Shown: positions 13,408 through 26,935 of the stretch, piece after piece | Numbering within the stretch: the first letter of the stretch is position 1 | Layout: every line of letters begins with the position of its first letter | From: Octopus vulgaris | Taxonomy: Eukaryota | DNA length: 64,000 bases | Direction of reading: 5' to 3' | Assembly: GCA_951406725.2 (NCBI GenBank) | Contig: OX597825.1 | Coordinates: 43,276,001-43,340,000, forward strand | Translations under genes and position numbers: made by a program | Notes under the pieces: generated by a model | Told to the model about the DNA's origin: nothing | Databases searched by the model: none | Seen by the model: the letters and a program-made list of their open reading frames with translations, nothing else

Positions 13408-14713
13408 TACAGGAATTACTTGAAAATTAGCCATAACGCAAAAATCCGTAATGCGAAATTGATTTTCAAGTTATTAAGCAGACTTTGTCAAGGAACAAAA
13501 AAGCACAAGAAAAATATAACGAACAAACAACATGATTGCCTTTATACATGAGAATAACAGTGGCTAAGCATACACAGTGTAATATAGATTCATAAAAACA
13601 AAGACATTTCGAAAGCAATAGATTAGGGAATTAATAAGAATCGTTCTATCATAAGAGTACCTTCTTACCAAAGAAGTTGACTGCCCTTGGAATTTCGGAG
13701 TGATACACGAGTAAGGGTTTAAAATTCATATCACAGACAGTATTTCCTGCAAGAGAGGTGTCAAAAGATTTTTGGAAGCTTTATATCCTGATGTTGATTT
13801 TACTTGTCTAGAAAAGTTATAGCAGGCATGCATTTCCAGAGTGCTCTGTCATGCAAACACCTTCGACAGTCTCTTTCTTCAAATGGTCAGAATAACGACT
13901 ATTAATCTCTGTATCACAGCTCACAGTTTTGCCGGTCATTTTTTGTTGTGCAAATTTATGCACTTCTCAAACAATTCAAACCAGCCTTCAGTAGATCAAA
14001 AAGGTTTTCTTTAGTAGTTTCAGCTTGGCTTTTATTTTCATAACGATCGTGTTTGTCGCCACATTACGCCGTTTTTTATCCTCGATCCATATACTCAAAA
14101 GTCGTCTATTTGAAGCCCTACATTGAATCTGTAGAAAAATTAATGCCCGCATAATTAACAGAGAAGCCTCTTGAGCTTTTGAGATAATTTTCTCTCTGTT
14201 GTCATGCATTTTCACTACTGTAAACGTTTCAAAATTAAAATTTAGGAAATATAACTTAGTTATCCTGTAGCATCAAGATTTTTAAAATATCAAGTTTAAT
14301 ATTCAGTGTAATCTCTTTTCGCTCTACTGCCTTCAGTTCTACTCGATAGTTTCTTTCCAGACATCTTACATTGAAGGTAAATTCAAAGGCAGCGGCGATT
14401 AATATCCACAGCAAATATGTAGTTTGAAACATTCGTCCAGGAAAGATTTGTTTTGTGAGAACTTGTAACAATGAAAATAAGATGAAAAGGTGAAGGACTA
14501 AGGAAGAGAAAATACTATATGATTACAGTTAGCTGAAGCGTCACCAGATTTCACAGGCAATCCGCCACATAAATATTGAGCTAAGAAGAAATTGTGGTTT
14601 TAAATTCTTGGTAATTACAATTACGCAATCCGAGTCTCGGTATTCCGAAATTACAGACTGCATTCCAAAATCAATGGATATATCAAGAATTTCCGTAAGG
14701 GAGAACTCCCGTA
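13408..14713 (-). mobile_element. Decayed Tigger/pogo DNA transposon (CENP-B HTH and DDE_1 remnants)
   Basis: Minus-strand RLLSIWIEDKKRRNVATNTIVMKIKA (Tc5-type HTH), then GWFELFEKCINLHNKKM..GKTVSCD, then ALWKCMPAITF..SGYKASKNLLT (resembles DETGLFWK-MP..GFK..RLT). The ends are approximate. Confidence 0.7.
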
Positions 14714-16767
14714 ACCTGAGGGAGAGGCAACACAGAGGTGCATGTATGTATAAGAGGGAGAGGGAGAGAGAGTGTATATTGTCTGTGTGTGCGTGTGTGT
14801 GTCTGTGTGTGTATGCGTGTGTGTTTCTGCTGTTGTGCTCGACATAAGAAAGAAGTACCAAAATATATGTGATGCTATGACAATATATAACATTACCTTG
14901 GGATTTTTCAAAATATTGAAATTGTCGAAAATCTCAACTCGGCTATGAAAATGAACTGGTGTTAATAGAACAAGACCATTGCTCTTAGTTTTATTCACGC
15001 TGAAGCACAAAATTCGTAGACCATTCTGTGAGATTTGTGTCGAAAACGAACGGGCGTAATAGAATACCATTGTTGTTTGAGAGGCAGCCCACGACGAATA
15101 TGAAGTACGAATAATTATAATAGTATGCACAAAATTTAATAAGGATAAATTAAAACATATGCATACACATACACATATGCATAAATATATACATGCATAT
15201 ATGTATACTTACATACAAACGCAGTATTTACGTATACACTATGTTTTGAATATTTAGATAAATATCCAAAACATAGCTCGCGAACAAGTGTGGATCAATT
15301 GCTAAATTTCATTGATAAATTATATTTATATAATTTTATATATAAACATAAATAACAACATAGTTTTAATCTTACTAAGCTCAATATGCTATGTTAAGCT
15401 AAGTAATGTTCTATTGGACTACAGATCCATTAGTTAATGTTTTCAATACAGATGTCCATAAGCAGAAGGTATTACATGAATTACATGAAAAGAAATAGAA
15501 TATTCTGGTAGGAAACAAAAGTTCAAAATAAAAATAAAAAATATATTCTAGAACTTAACGCAAATAAAATAATCAGGAAATATTACAATAAATGAACATA
15601 GATAATCTGTTGTTTAAGCATTTCAAACTACAAATAAAGAAAATAGTAACGAAAAAGATGTTCGAAGAGAGAGATTATACTAACATTAAATGAACTCTCA
15701 AGTGTATATTTCTTATTTCTGGAGGTATTTCTGGTGATAGCAAATTTATAAAGGTAATATTCAACTGAAAATTGGAAATATGTGAGGAAGTGAACACCAA
15801 TGCGAATGATTCAATTGATTGCCAGTATTAGTATTACGTCATTTAACACATACGTGTCATTCATTATCAATACTTCATAAAAATTTATTGAGTGAGAATA
15901 TCTATTTGCTCTATAAGGGTATATTTATAAAAAAAGTAAGGTCCCTCGACCTGTCACTATTTGCATACGGCTGGTATAGATTTTCATAAAACAGCCACCT
16001 TGTATTGAATAATCAATCAATAAAGTTCTATGTATGTGTATGCGTGAGAGTATGTACAGTTTTTGTCTATATATGTGTGTATGTATGTACATGTGTATGA
16101 CTGTATATCCTTATGTGTTAGGTGTATACGTTTTTTCTATCACTTGTAACTTCATAGCAATTTTCTCCTTCATATATTGTTTTTTGTTCCTACTTTTTCT
16201 GGTTGTCTCCCCTACCCCGAGCTAGTTTTTGAGTAAGGTAACTATCCTGAATTACACCGGCCAGTCTTGTCTGATCGATGTTTTTTTCCTTGTTAAGTTC
16301 TCTTTGGTTTTACTCTGCATGTATGTACATTTTTACTTTAATATTGTAACTTTTTCAAACATAGTCTTGCCTATCACTTTTTAGTCTCGTGTAAAATATA
16401 TATACATATATTTTTTTGTTTTTCAATATTAATATGTATATGTATATCTCTCTATGGTTCTTTTCTACTCGTCCACTTGTTACAATATCATCTACTATAC
16501 ACACGTGACCCTATTTATTGTACTTTGTCTCGACCTGTTACCATTTTTTAAAACATACCCGTTAGCTTTTCATTCTTATTTTTATGTTATTGTTTACCGC
16601 ACATAATGACGTGCATACACATTGATATGTCTGGTTTTTTCCCCTTTTAAAACTTGCTTGCAAATATCCGATTTTTTCCTTATTACCCCATTTGTATTCT
16701 CCCTTATTGTATCTTATTTTAATTTACTTTATTTTATTAAACCTTTTTTGATGTCCTTACAAAAATT

Positions 16768-16875
16768 CTTCACACTGATGAAAATGACAATGCATAAATA
16801 TCATTATAATTACTATGGTTATACTTTTTTCTTACATATTTGTACTGTCCTTTGAAACGCGTGTATGTTTTGAAA
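16768..16875 (+). ncRNA. Degenerate hammerhead-like motif with long stem II
   Basis: CTGATGA-aaatgacaatgca...tgtactgtccttt-GAAAC-GCGT: imperfect stem II and palindromic ACGCGT stem III; stem I is weak. Confidence 0.45.
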
Positions 16876-16973
16876 CCTATTTTGTATTAAATCTGATTTT
16901 GATTCAACATCTTTTTCTCCCCCATTATTCTATAATTTTTAATAGTATTTTTATACCTATAACGATATTTTTC

Positions 16974-17014
<41 letters not shown>

Positions 17015-17039
17015 GGGGGGGGGGTACGTATGTATACAT

Positions 17040-17172
17040 ATTCTTTTACTTGTTTAAGTCGTTTGACTGCGGCCATGCTACTGCACCACCTTAAAGGGTT
17101 TTTGTCGAAGAAATGGAGCCCAGGACGGATTCTTTGTAAGCCTAGTCCTTATTCCATCGGTCTCTTTTGCCG
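17040..17172 (-). mobile_element. SINE 3' fragment (family of 58937-59345)
   Basis: ttcttttacttgtttaagtcgtttgactgcggccatgct...ttctttgtaagcctagt...atcggtctcttttgccga is the reverse complement of the family tail. Confidence 0.75.
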
Positions 17173-17963
17173 ATCCTTTAATTTAAATTTTGAATTAAAA
17201 ATTAAGGTTTAGATAGGTAACATTAAAATGCAGTATCCAAACCTCGTTTCTGGTAAATCCCATGTAGTGTGCCTGCGGAGCACTTACGGCTATTAACATG
17301 CTACACGTTACTGCGATTTCGTCGCAGAATCTACGTCAAGAATTCATAGGTGCACATTGCGTATATTCTAAATTGTTGATTCGGTAGATGTGTGTAACTA
17401 GAAGCTTTATTTAGCACAACAATCGTTTCGACTGCTGTGTCTACACTGCTTCCCATTGGGTGGGGAGGATGTAATGACATCAGATGCATCGTACAGTGCA
17501 GGGAGCCTCATTAGGTTAGGTAATATACTTCAAAATGTATACGACGTATATTTCGATCTAAGTTAGATGCTGGTTGTATTATGGTGTGATGCTATTAGTT
17601 CACGCATATTGGTGACGCATCAACCACATCCTGACTACAAGTATACTCACTTCAACAATGTTTGTGAACTACTAGCAACACACCATAATACCACCAATAA
17701 CTTGGAGCGAAATATAAGTCTCATAATTCTGAGGCATACTACGTCACTTGATGAAGCTCTTTGCACTGTGCAATGCCTCTGATGTCTATACATTGTTCTC
17801 TAACCACGAAGGATCTGTTCAGAAGGCAGTCGAAATGATTGTTGTGCTAAATAAAGCTTTTAGTTACACTCGTCTTCCGTACCAATCATTTAATATAAAT
17901 TTACACACACACACACGCATACACACACGCACACACACACAAACACACATACACACATACATA

Positions 17964-18027
<64 letters not shown>

Positions 18028-18032
18028 CACAC

Positions 18033-18540
18033 TAGTCAGCAACAGTATTGCTAGAAATAACAGTTAAAAGAACTCAAAGCCACAAAAAGCAATTATAATT
18101 ACTGACAAGGGAGGCAAGCTCCCTCAGTACCTAGGCATAACCAGATCACAGTAATTTCACATTTATATTAATGCTCGTTAGTGACTCTCACCTAGAGCAT
18201 TGGGTTAAACTCAAGTCGTCTTGTCAGTTCATAAGATTGTCGTAGAAATCACCATATGCTAATTTCCTAAACGGTATAAGTGAAAATTATAAATACTAAA
18301 AATTGGCTTCTTCAGAATTTTACAACCGAAAGGCAGAAATATATACGTCACTAAAGTGACTGAGGACATTAGTCAGCACCAATATTGCTACGAATAAGAG
18401 TTTAAACCACAAAAGACGCTTGGTGAGAGTCACTGACGAGTATTAATATATAATTGAAATCACTGTAATCTGGCTATGACTAGGCGTTGAGGTAGCTTGC
18501 CTCCTTTGTCAGTCATTAATATAAGTGCTTTTGTGGCCAA
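18033..18540. repeat. Diverged inverted repeat (~18078-18212 / ~18398-18538) plus short direct repeat (18033 / 18369)
   Basis: gccacaaaaagca..actgacaagggaggcaagct..agtgactctcacc is mirrored by ggtgagagtcact..agcttgcctcctttgtcagt..tgcttttgtggc. tagtcagca.ca.tattgcta is repeated directly. Confidence 0.7.
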
Positions 18541-18606
18541 GAGTTGTATATTTCTGACTCTCGATTATAAAATTGCGAACAAGCTACTCCTATTATATAT
18601 ACATAC

Positions 18607-18683
<77 letters not shown>

Positions 18684-20392
18684 CATATTTGGAAAACTAA
18701 TCCTACTTCCTGCCACTTTTAGTTCTTGTATGTAAAGGCTAATTTGATGTTTTCTGGTAAGATGTGCCTTCGTTAGATGTATTAGCATCAATGTAAGTTT
18801 TTGTTAATTTTGTCAATAGGTTGAAATATATTGTGAAGACCGGAAAAAATAAGTATCGATATTTAACAGATACACAATGTTGTTCATGACCAATGCAAAT
18901 ATCGCACCAAATATGCGTCTTTGAAGCAAATACAAGAACAAGACGGATTCCTAAAGAAGATGACAGAGTAATTTAGTTGTAGTAATTCTTATCGGATTCT
19001 TGATCCGTAGCGATTTCTTCCAAATCGATAGAATCTTGCTTGAGTACAGAAAATCTACATGATGTTGGGACAGGGTATCAGACGTATAATTACTATCTTT
19101 AAAAAAATATCAGCAGTAAACTGCAGTGCAACATCAAGGTGTCTAATTTCCCTACGGGAATGTTTATCCGATTTAAATTGAAGATCAAAAGTTAACGACT
19201 TCGGTCAGTATAAAGGACAATGTTCTTTCATTCCAGAAAATGCTTAACAGATAAATATGCTGATAATATAACTATGTCTAGTTTCGTGAAAGTACGATAT
19301 ATAGTTTCAACCAGTCTTAATGGCATGGCAAAAAAGAACAAAACGGAACAAAAATTTCTGAGAGCCTTGAATATGTTGTAAAACAACACCGATTTTTACG
19401 TAAGGAGCATCCCCAATTTTAGAAAGATGTGCATCGTGTATCGGGTGAGTTAACAAAGATTGCCTTAATTAATTTCTCTTTTTATCTTGTAAACATTATT
19501 TGTTTAAAATTACTTTTCTGATTATGTTAGCAATTCCTTCGAACGGTTAGTCTTTTCAGTGCAAAATAAAAGACCTACGTCAAGACGTTTACGTAATTTT
19601 CGTAATGAAGTGGGAACTGGAAGCTTTTCCGTCATTGGGCGAACATCATTGCTATCATTGATGTAGCCACAAAAGAGTGAAAATGAGATAGTGAAAAGAA
19701 ATTCACCCACGTTAATTTAATGAACCGTAGATTTAGATGATATTTGCCTTCTGATTCCAAAGTACTAGCGACCCTGATGCTAACCTTAACCTTAACTCTA
19801 GTACATTATACGCTGTGAAATGCGATATAAGTGCGAACGTATGTGTGTGTGTGTTTGCGTGAGTGTATGTTTGTGTGTGTGTGTATACGCACACACAATT
19901 GGTGTGCATCTTAAAATCAACGTCGATGATATAATTGAATGTGAATTATGAAACATGCGAAATAAATATTTTTTACCTCCCATTTCTTGATTTTAATTAT
20001 TGTTATTATATAATCGACAATAGCCATCCCTAGATTTTCTGGAGCGTAGTAATTTTAATTTGCATACTAAATCTAAGCATTGTTCTGTCTGCCACCCGAT
20101 TGCCCAGGGGATTCTGTTTGATTCTTAGAATCGTTCCCTCCACTTCCATATATGGGGGAGTGCATTTATCTGCCAGTGGTGAACCGTGATGTAATGAGTC
20201 TATTTGTATCACATGTTCCTCCTATCCCATTCAATCAAAAAACACAGATGGATAAAATAAATAATGTGGATGATGTAGGTTGCCCAAGTCACACTGAAGT
20301 CATCAAAAGTGGTTTTCAAATTGAATACAAAAATCAAATGTATACATATATACAGGTATGTATATGTGTGTGTGTGTATGTGCGTGTGTGTG

Positions 20393-20452
<60 letters not shown>

Positions 20453-20908
20453 TAACAGGATTGGTTTAATATCCAGGCTGAAACTGAATTTCTCTTTGTA
20501 AAATTCCAGGCTGGTTCCTTCAGATGATGCGTTTTATGGTAAATTTCCTTTAACTCCCATCCGATGTTACAGTTTTTTCTTACTACGTAGAATGTAATGT
20601 ACAATATTGATAATAAGTTGAATGAAGTTTTTGAACATTCTAAGTTTAAGCTTATTTACCGTTGGTTTATTCATGACAATTGTCCGATACGTGTCTCAAT
20701 CGCATTACATGCATATTTTTGCATATTTATATGCTACGATTTATTCATTATTAATACAATCTCTACAGGGTGTATACATATGGCATTGCTCGAAGAAGAA
20801 CTTCACTCCGTTATTAGTTTGAATTAGGTTTGGCAGCAATAGTAGGCTTGGAAGCAGTGAACCATAACGCTCATCGATGAGCTGTTTTTCACAATATATA
20901 TGTTTATA

Positions 20909-21108
20909 AAGGCAGCGAGCTTGCACGCCGGGCGAAATGCGTAGCGGTATTTCATCTGTCTTTACCTTCTAAGTTCAAATTCTTCCGCGGTCGAATTTGC
21001 CCTTCATGCTTTCGGCGCCGACAAATTAATTACCAGTTGCGTTCAGGAGTCGATCTATTCGACTGGCCCCCTTCCCAAAAAGTTTGGGCCTTGTACCTAG
21101 AGTAGAAA
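20909..21108 (+). mobile_element. tRNA-derived SINE (second family)
   Basis: aaggcagcgagct...aagttcaaattc (B-box-like)...ggagtcgatctattcgact...ggccttgtacctagagtagaaa. A head fragment of the same family lies on minus at ~32700-32797. Confidence 0.65.
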
Positions 21109-21118
21109 ATAATATATA

Positions 21119-21159
<41 letters not shown>

Positions 21160-21278
21160 GTACATCCATCCATTTTTGTATACATGCATACACATACACG
21201 GACGTATACATATATGCATATTCACATACACAATTTTACTTATACATATACAATTTTACTTATACATATACAATTTTA

Positions 21279-21309
<31 letters not shown>

Positions 21310-21312
<3 letters not shown>

Positions 21313-21653
21313 TATATTTGCCACGTAAATGTGGCTAACTCTTAAGGGTAGATTCTACTGTAGCTTGTAGCCCCAGGAGGATACCCCCCCCCAGCTAGCT
21401 ATTGACACCCTATCAGAATTTGTAAAGGGAAGTCATTCTTCCCATCTTCAACCTGACGTGATGCACATGGATCCGGGTTTCTGGATATTGACCCGTAATC
21501 AGCGTGTGTCAATCACCGATGTCGATGTGAAGTTCTATGCCGATGCAAATATAGGGCACAGAAAGTGTGTCAATGGCCAGCTAAAGGAAGTGTCCTGCTG
21601 GAGCTACAAGCTACAGTAGCATCCACCCTTAAGTGTTAGCCACAAATATACTT
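21310..21653. mobile_element. Fold-back / MITE-like element with ~90-100 bp imperfect inverted arms
   Basis: aagtatatttg..tggctaactcttaagggtagattctactgtagcttgtagccccag is mirrored by ctggagctacaagctacagtagcatccacccttaagtgttagccacaaatatactt; it abuts (TA)n. Confidence 0.7.
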
Positions 21654-21988
21654 CCCGATGTCGTACATTTATGGGTATACCTCGCTCAGCGATTTATTAC
21701 TGCTTGTTTACAATTTTTCGATCTCAGTGACTTTTCGTCACTGCGAAATGGATATATGCATTTGCATCGGGATAGCACTTCATAATAGACAACCGGTGAT
21801 TGTTTACACGCAGATGACGGGCCAATATATTTATACTTTGATAAACTGTTTGTTTATTTTGTTTATTTATTTATCTATTTGTTATGAGCGATTGTTCATA
21901 GCATTGTTATTTATATAGGTAAAAACAGTAAGTTTTAGTTTATTTAATAGCCCTTAGGTGATTATTTAATACCTATCAAAATTTTATC

Positions 21989-22031
<43 letters not shown>

Positions 22032-22032
<1 letters not shown>

Positions 22033-22232
22033 AAAGTAGTAAGGAATGACCCTTACAGGTCGTTCAACTCACTTGAAAAGAGCAGCCAAACTCAAACCGC
22101 AAAAAATAGTAGTAATTCTGAAAGCTAAAGGAGCTTTAGCTTTCAGAATTACTACTATTTTTGCGGTTTGAGTTTGGCTGCTCTTTTCAAGTGAGTTGAA
22201 CGACCTGTAAGGGTCATTCCTTAATACTTTTG
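22032..22232. repeat. Near-perfect ~200-bp palindrome (3-nt loop) next to (TA)n
   Basis: caaaagtagtaaggaatgacc...gaaagctaaag GAG ctttagctttc...ggtcattccttaatacttttg. Confidence 0.95.
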
Positions 22233-22335
22233 AATATATTATATAGTCTGTGACTATTTCTATTTTCTCACTTGACCGCTGGTTGCAGAAAATTTTTCTT
22301 GAATTTTTCTTGAATTTTTTTGCTACCCTATATTG

Positions 22336-22427
<92 letters not shown>

Positions 22428-24534
22428 GAAGATAAAATTATATATAGATATGAAGATATCTATATATATAACTTAATTCAAATAGCACTTATATGCCGAT
22501 CATATAAGTATTTGAATACGTCTTCCTGTTGAACATTGAATACATTCCAATATTTTGTTTCTGTATTAGTGAAAAGTACCCAACGTCACTTGTTTCATTA
22601 TTGATCCTGATTACCTTTGAAATCTATAATTCGAGACCCAAAATATATTTAATAAACAAAATATCGAGTTATGAACAACCAATGGTGATATATACTAGAT
22701 CAGAATTTAAGTATTATTTACCATCTCGCATCTTCCCGGCAAATATACGCCATATTTATTATATTATTATCTGTTAATTACTCATCATATTTTACAAATC
22801 CATAAACGAATAAATAACATAAACTCTCCCACGTGACATGAATTTTTGACCGTATAGATAACCAGGTCAAAAGAGTATATAACCATTTTTGTGTATAAGT
22901 CTTTTGTTGTATAATAATAGATTCCTTTATAAATAGCAACACATTTTAGTTTTGAAAATACAAAGATTTCTTTCTATACAATCCTTAAGGTATTGTTTTG
23001 ATATCTTCTTTTGGTTCTGTATGTGTCATACCTCATACAGTTAACTGATTACTCTATTCTGCATATTTACTTTAGATCACAATTCCCATGGCATCGACGA
23101 GTGAAATATCATTGCTATATTAAAAGTTCGGAATACCATAGAGCATAAGTTATTAAACTCGTTAATATTTATCAGTAAATTAATTGTTTAAAAATACTTT
23201 GCAGAGTGACGTAGGCGTTTGCTTAATGGGCAGTATGTCTGATTATACTTAGATTAGTATGTAAATTTGAGATCATTGATCATTAGGGCGTGGCGGGAGG
23301 GTGTTGTGTGTATAATTTGCCAGGTAGAAGTGTGTGGGCAAGCTGTTAGCATTTGCGCGTGTGTATGTAATTTAAAGTGTTGCAAAAATGTTATGGAGTA
23401 GTTGAGAGTATGTGCAGCGAGAAGGGTATTATTTGCATGTACGTGAGATGAGTGTGTAATACAAAATGTATTATGGAATTGTATGTTTGTGTGAGAATCA
23501 ATCAAGAGCGAAGAAGATTATTCAGATAAAAAGAAGTTCAAGGTGATAAAAGTTCAAGTAGATGGCGAAAAACATATGACTCCAAAACTCCAAAATATAG
23601 ACGAGCACAAGAGTTCTTTGGGGGAGAAAATTTAAAGTAAATAATGAGATATAGCTAAAGAATGTGTTTCTGTGCGCAACAGATCAAACAGTTAAGTGAC
23701 GTATGAAAAAATAGCGACTAGGAGTGCGAAAGTAATGGAACAAATCTTTTTCCTAAGCCGTGAAATCTGTGTTCCTGAAAGGACAAGATGATAAGAGACT
23801 GTACGTCTATGACCGTGTGCATATGTGCTTATAAAAGGTTGAGTTGTGTAAGCTCCATGTCTGTGTTCGAGTAGGATTTGATGAAGGGATTCACTTGTAA
23901 TAGATGAAAGAGGGTGGGTTTCTAACGGATAGAGGAATGGTGTGTGTATACGATGGTAGTGTATGATTCTGTGTGTGGGAGGGAAAGGAAGAGGAGAGCG
24001 GAAATTCAAGTTTGCGTTTCCGAAGCAGACAGCTGGAGAGCTAAGATATAGTTGCAGATTAGATAAATAAATTATAGAATTTAGTCAGTGAAACATGCAG
24101 ATGTTTAGAAAAAGAACAAGTTTTATCTATCGGAAAATGAGAAGTTATTTACGAAGCCGCATTTAAACTGAGTCACTATGAGGCCACTTGATGACCTAGA
24201 TTTAATGTATGCATATACAATTCGAAAGAGGAGGTAACAGAAAAATATTAATGCTGTTTCTTCACCAGCAATTTTCGCAAATCTCTAATGTTTCTTGATC
24301 TTCTCTATCTCACTCTGAATGGCTCGGTATTGTTACACAGGCCCCATGTGATTGGTGTAAAAGTTACCACTGCAATTTGAACTTGGACAGTTACATTTAT
24401 ACATCAACTTTAATTGATATTTTCATCCTTCAATCTACCACTCTTACTCGAGTGATTTCCTCAATACGTACTGTCTATAAGCTTTTATGAGAATGAAAGT
24501 AACTCCGTTGTAAATCGGGAACAATTTACATGTT

Positions 24535-25002
24535 TTCTGCAAATCCAGTTTTGGGAAGAATTCTAATGCTGTCCCGCAATGGTTGACATGGATGTATCTT
24601 TTTTTCCTTACAAGCAGGTCACACCAGTTTAACTAACATCACGGAAACGATGTGTTGCAATTTCCTGCAGGCTCATGGGGGACAAGTCTGTGACTTCTCA
24701 ACACAACAGCTTATCCTTTTACTAAACATTTAAACGCTTTATGTTCTAAATTTCTAAAAATTATTTATCTAACCTGCTCTTACGTACTGGCTTTCCAACT
24801 TTCTGTTTCAAAAACACAATCATGAATCATATCTTGATCTCCCTACTAGGAAGAGGTAGCTACTTACTGAGAGTGGGGAGAATTTTACTGCTCATTCGAA
24901 AATATGAAAAATGAAGACCTTGATGAACCAATAAATCTTGGCACACGCACACACTCAAATATGCACTGACATAATGTGTGTGTGTGCGTGCATACGTATA
25001 TA

Positions 25003-25043
<41 letters not shown>

Positions 25044-25534
25044 CAAGCATTAACCCAGTAAAGAAATTGTTCTCTATAGATACAAGTGATTGAAATAAAA
25101 GCAACTAGATATTCGGCAATATTCTGAATGACACTATATCTTTTCATCTTCAGTTTATGAATATTTTGAAATAATTTCTTGTGGAGACTAATATAATAAA
25201 ACTAATCAATTTATTTCTGTTACTCACCTTTGAATTACTCCATGTGTGTGTGTGTGTGTGTGTGCAGCGAAGCTTTTTTCTAGTTTTGTGTCTCAGAATT
25301 CTGTATTACTTATCTTCACGAACTATTAACAAATATTTTTGAATATACGGAGGAAATATTTTCATTTGAAAATGTTGCAAAATTTTAATTTCATTTGAAA
25401 ACTAGACAACATTTAATCACGTTTCCGTGATGTTAGTTAAACTGGTGTGACCTGCTTGTAAGGAAAAAAAGATACATCCATGTCAACCATTGCGGGACAG
25501 CATTAGAATTCTTCCCAAAACTGGATTTGCAGAA
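24535..25534. repeat. 115-bp inverted duplication (24535-24649 / 25420-25534), 770-bp spacer
   Basis: ttctgcaaatccagttttgggaag...catcacggaaacg and its reverse complement cgtttccgtgatg...aaactggatttgcagaa; no mismatch seen by eye. Confidence 0.9.
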
Positions 25535-25561
25535 TACATATAAACGTGCCAATTCAGACAG

Positions 25562-25730
25562 TTATCAGGTCATCCCATAAGTTCTGTCCGAATTTTGAAT
25601 AAAGAAAACAAGTGATCAAATGTTATATTTAATTGGACTTCCTCCCATATATTTATTTACAAGCTTTTTAATCCCATCAATGTAAAACTCTTTTGGTTTC
25701 AAAGCGAAGAACTCTGCAATGTCAGTTTTA
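25562..25730 (-). mobile_element. Mariner 3' terminal fragment
   Basis: TIR-like tatcaggtcatcccataagttctgtccg, plus minus-strand remnant ..IAEFFALKPKEFYIDGIKKL typical of a mariner C-terminus. Confidence 0.55.
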
Positions 25731-26339
25731 GTAACTCAAATACGAATTTATCTAGTGTTTAGGTTGTACTTGATTATGTATCACACAATTACCGATATTA
25801 CTGAAAATACACTTTTGGCTCTGTCCGTTCACTACTGCATGTATTTCGTGGTATGATAAATTACGTTAATATTGTTTAATACTTATCTTTTCCCTTGCGC
25901 TTCATAGTTGTTGGAACGATACGTTATCGTCTGTATTTGAGTCATATACATTGTAATATTTATCTTTTCATAAAATAATATATTCCTAGTAAAACCATAG
26001 ACATACTACTCTACACAAACTTCTTTTTACAAATAACAGATTAAGAGGCTTTTCACGCAAACAGTAACGTTCCGTTCATAACACTGGACGATATGCATTT
26101 ACTCCATTTAGTTAGTATATTAACAATATCCAGCTTAATCTTTAAAATTACATGTAAAACACAAGCATTGCTACTCAAATAAACATAGGTATCGAGTGTA
26201 GCACTGTGGTTTCCGATGAATTACTTAATATTTTAAAGAATATGGGAAACAGATAATGTCAGTCTGTAAAGTTGGGTAACTCTTCTGTTATGGCACTAAT
26301 GCATTTCTATATTTCTCAGGTGCCCGTACCATTGAATTT

Positions 26340-26935
26340 GAGCAGTGAAACACATCATGTTTACGCATCAGGTAAAAACAGCAATTGGACATTATAGCAA
26401 CTATCAGGTGTCGAGTAACAAGATTGCGCTTACTGACAATCTCCTGATGTACATATTGAAATTCCTCTTGAAGGTTCTGGATTTCGCAAGGCAACTCACG
26501 AATACAAGCATCCTCTATGTCAGTATCATGAATGTCAGAAAATTAATCCTGGTTCGCGACGATCCTTCTGCGCGAAGAAAGAAGGCGATCCAATGTGTCC
26601 GACATATCTATAGGGTGCTGCAATGGGTCTGAAATCGCCGACCTCATCGGGTTGCATATCTTGGATACCGTCAAGAAACGCACATACTTACACAGGTCAC
26701 CCCTTTACAGGGACGACAGCCTGGAAATATCAAACCAGTTGAAGGGCCACGCCATGAACATCTTTAGGAAGGACCTGATAAAAAATATTTAAAGCAACTG
26801 CTCTGTTCCTAATAGTTACCACCAACTAGACCACCATCGACTTCCTAGACGTAACTGAAACAGGCAAGTATTATCCACACAAGAAGCCTAATGAGGAAAC
26901 TGTGTACATTGAGAGAAGCTTCAAGCAGTCCACCC
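26340..26935 (+). mobile_element. Highly degraded Penelope-like RT fragment (same group as 37025-39160)
   Basis: DISIGCCNGSEIADLIGLHILD...PLYRDDSLEISNQLKGHAMNIFRKDLIK, then TIDFLDV..GKYYPHKKPN; aligns by eye to MGAYDVAELCMLIG..GLYRDDGL..RKDLI..DFLDV..KPFRKPN. Confidence 0.8.

Noticed and set aside
19780-19800. Telomere-like ctaaccttaaccttaac
   Set aside because: Only 2-3 imperfect units; too short to interpret.
21220-21285. Three tandem 20-bp units (caattttacttatacatata) as a CRISPR-like array
   Set aside because: No spacers; it is a simple minisatellite in eukaryotic DNA.
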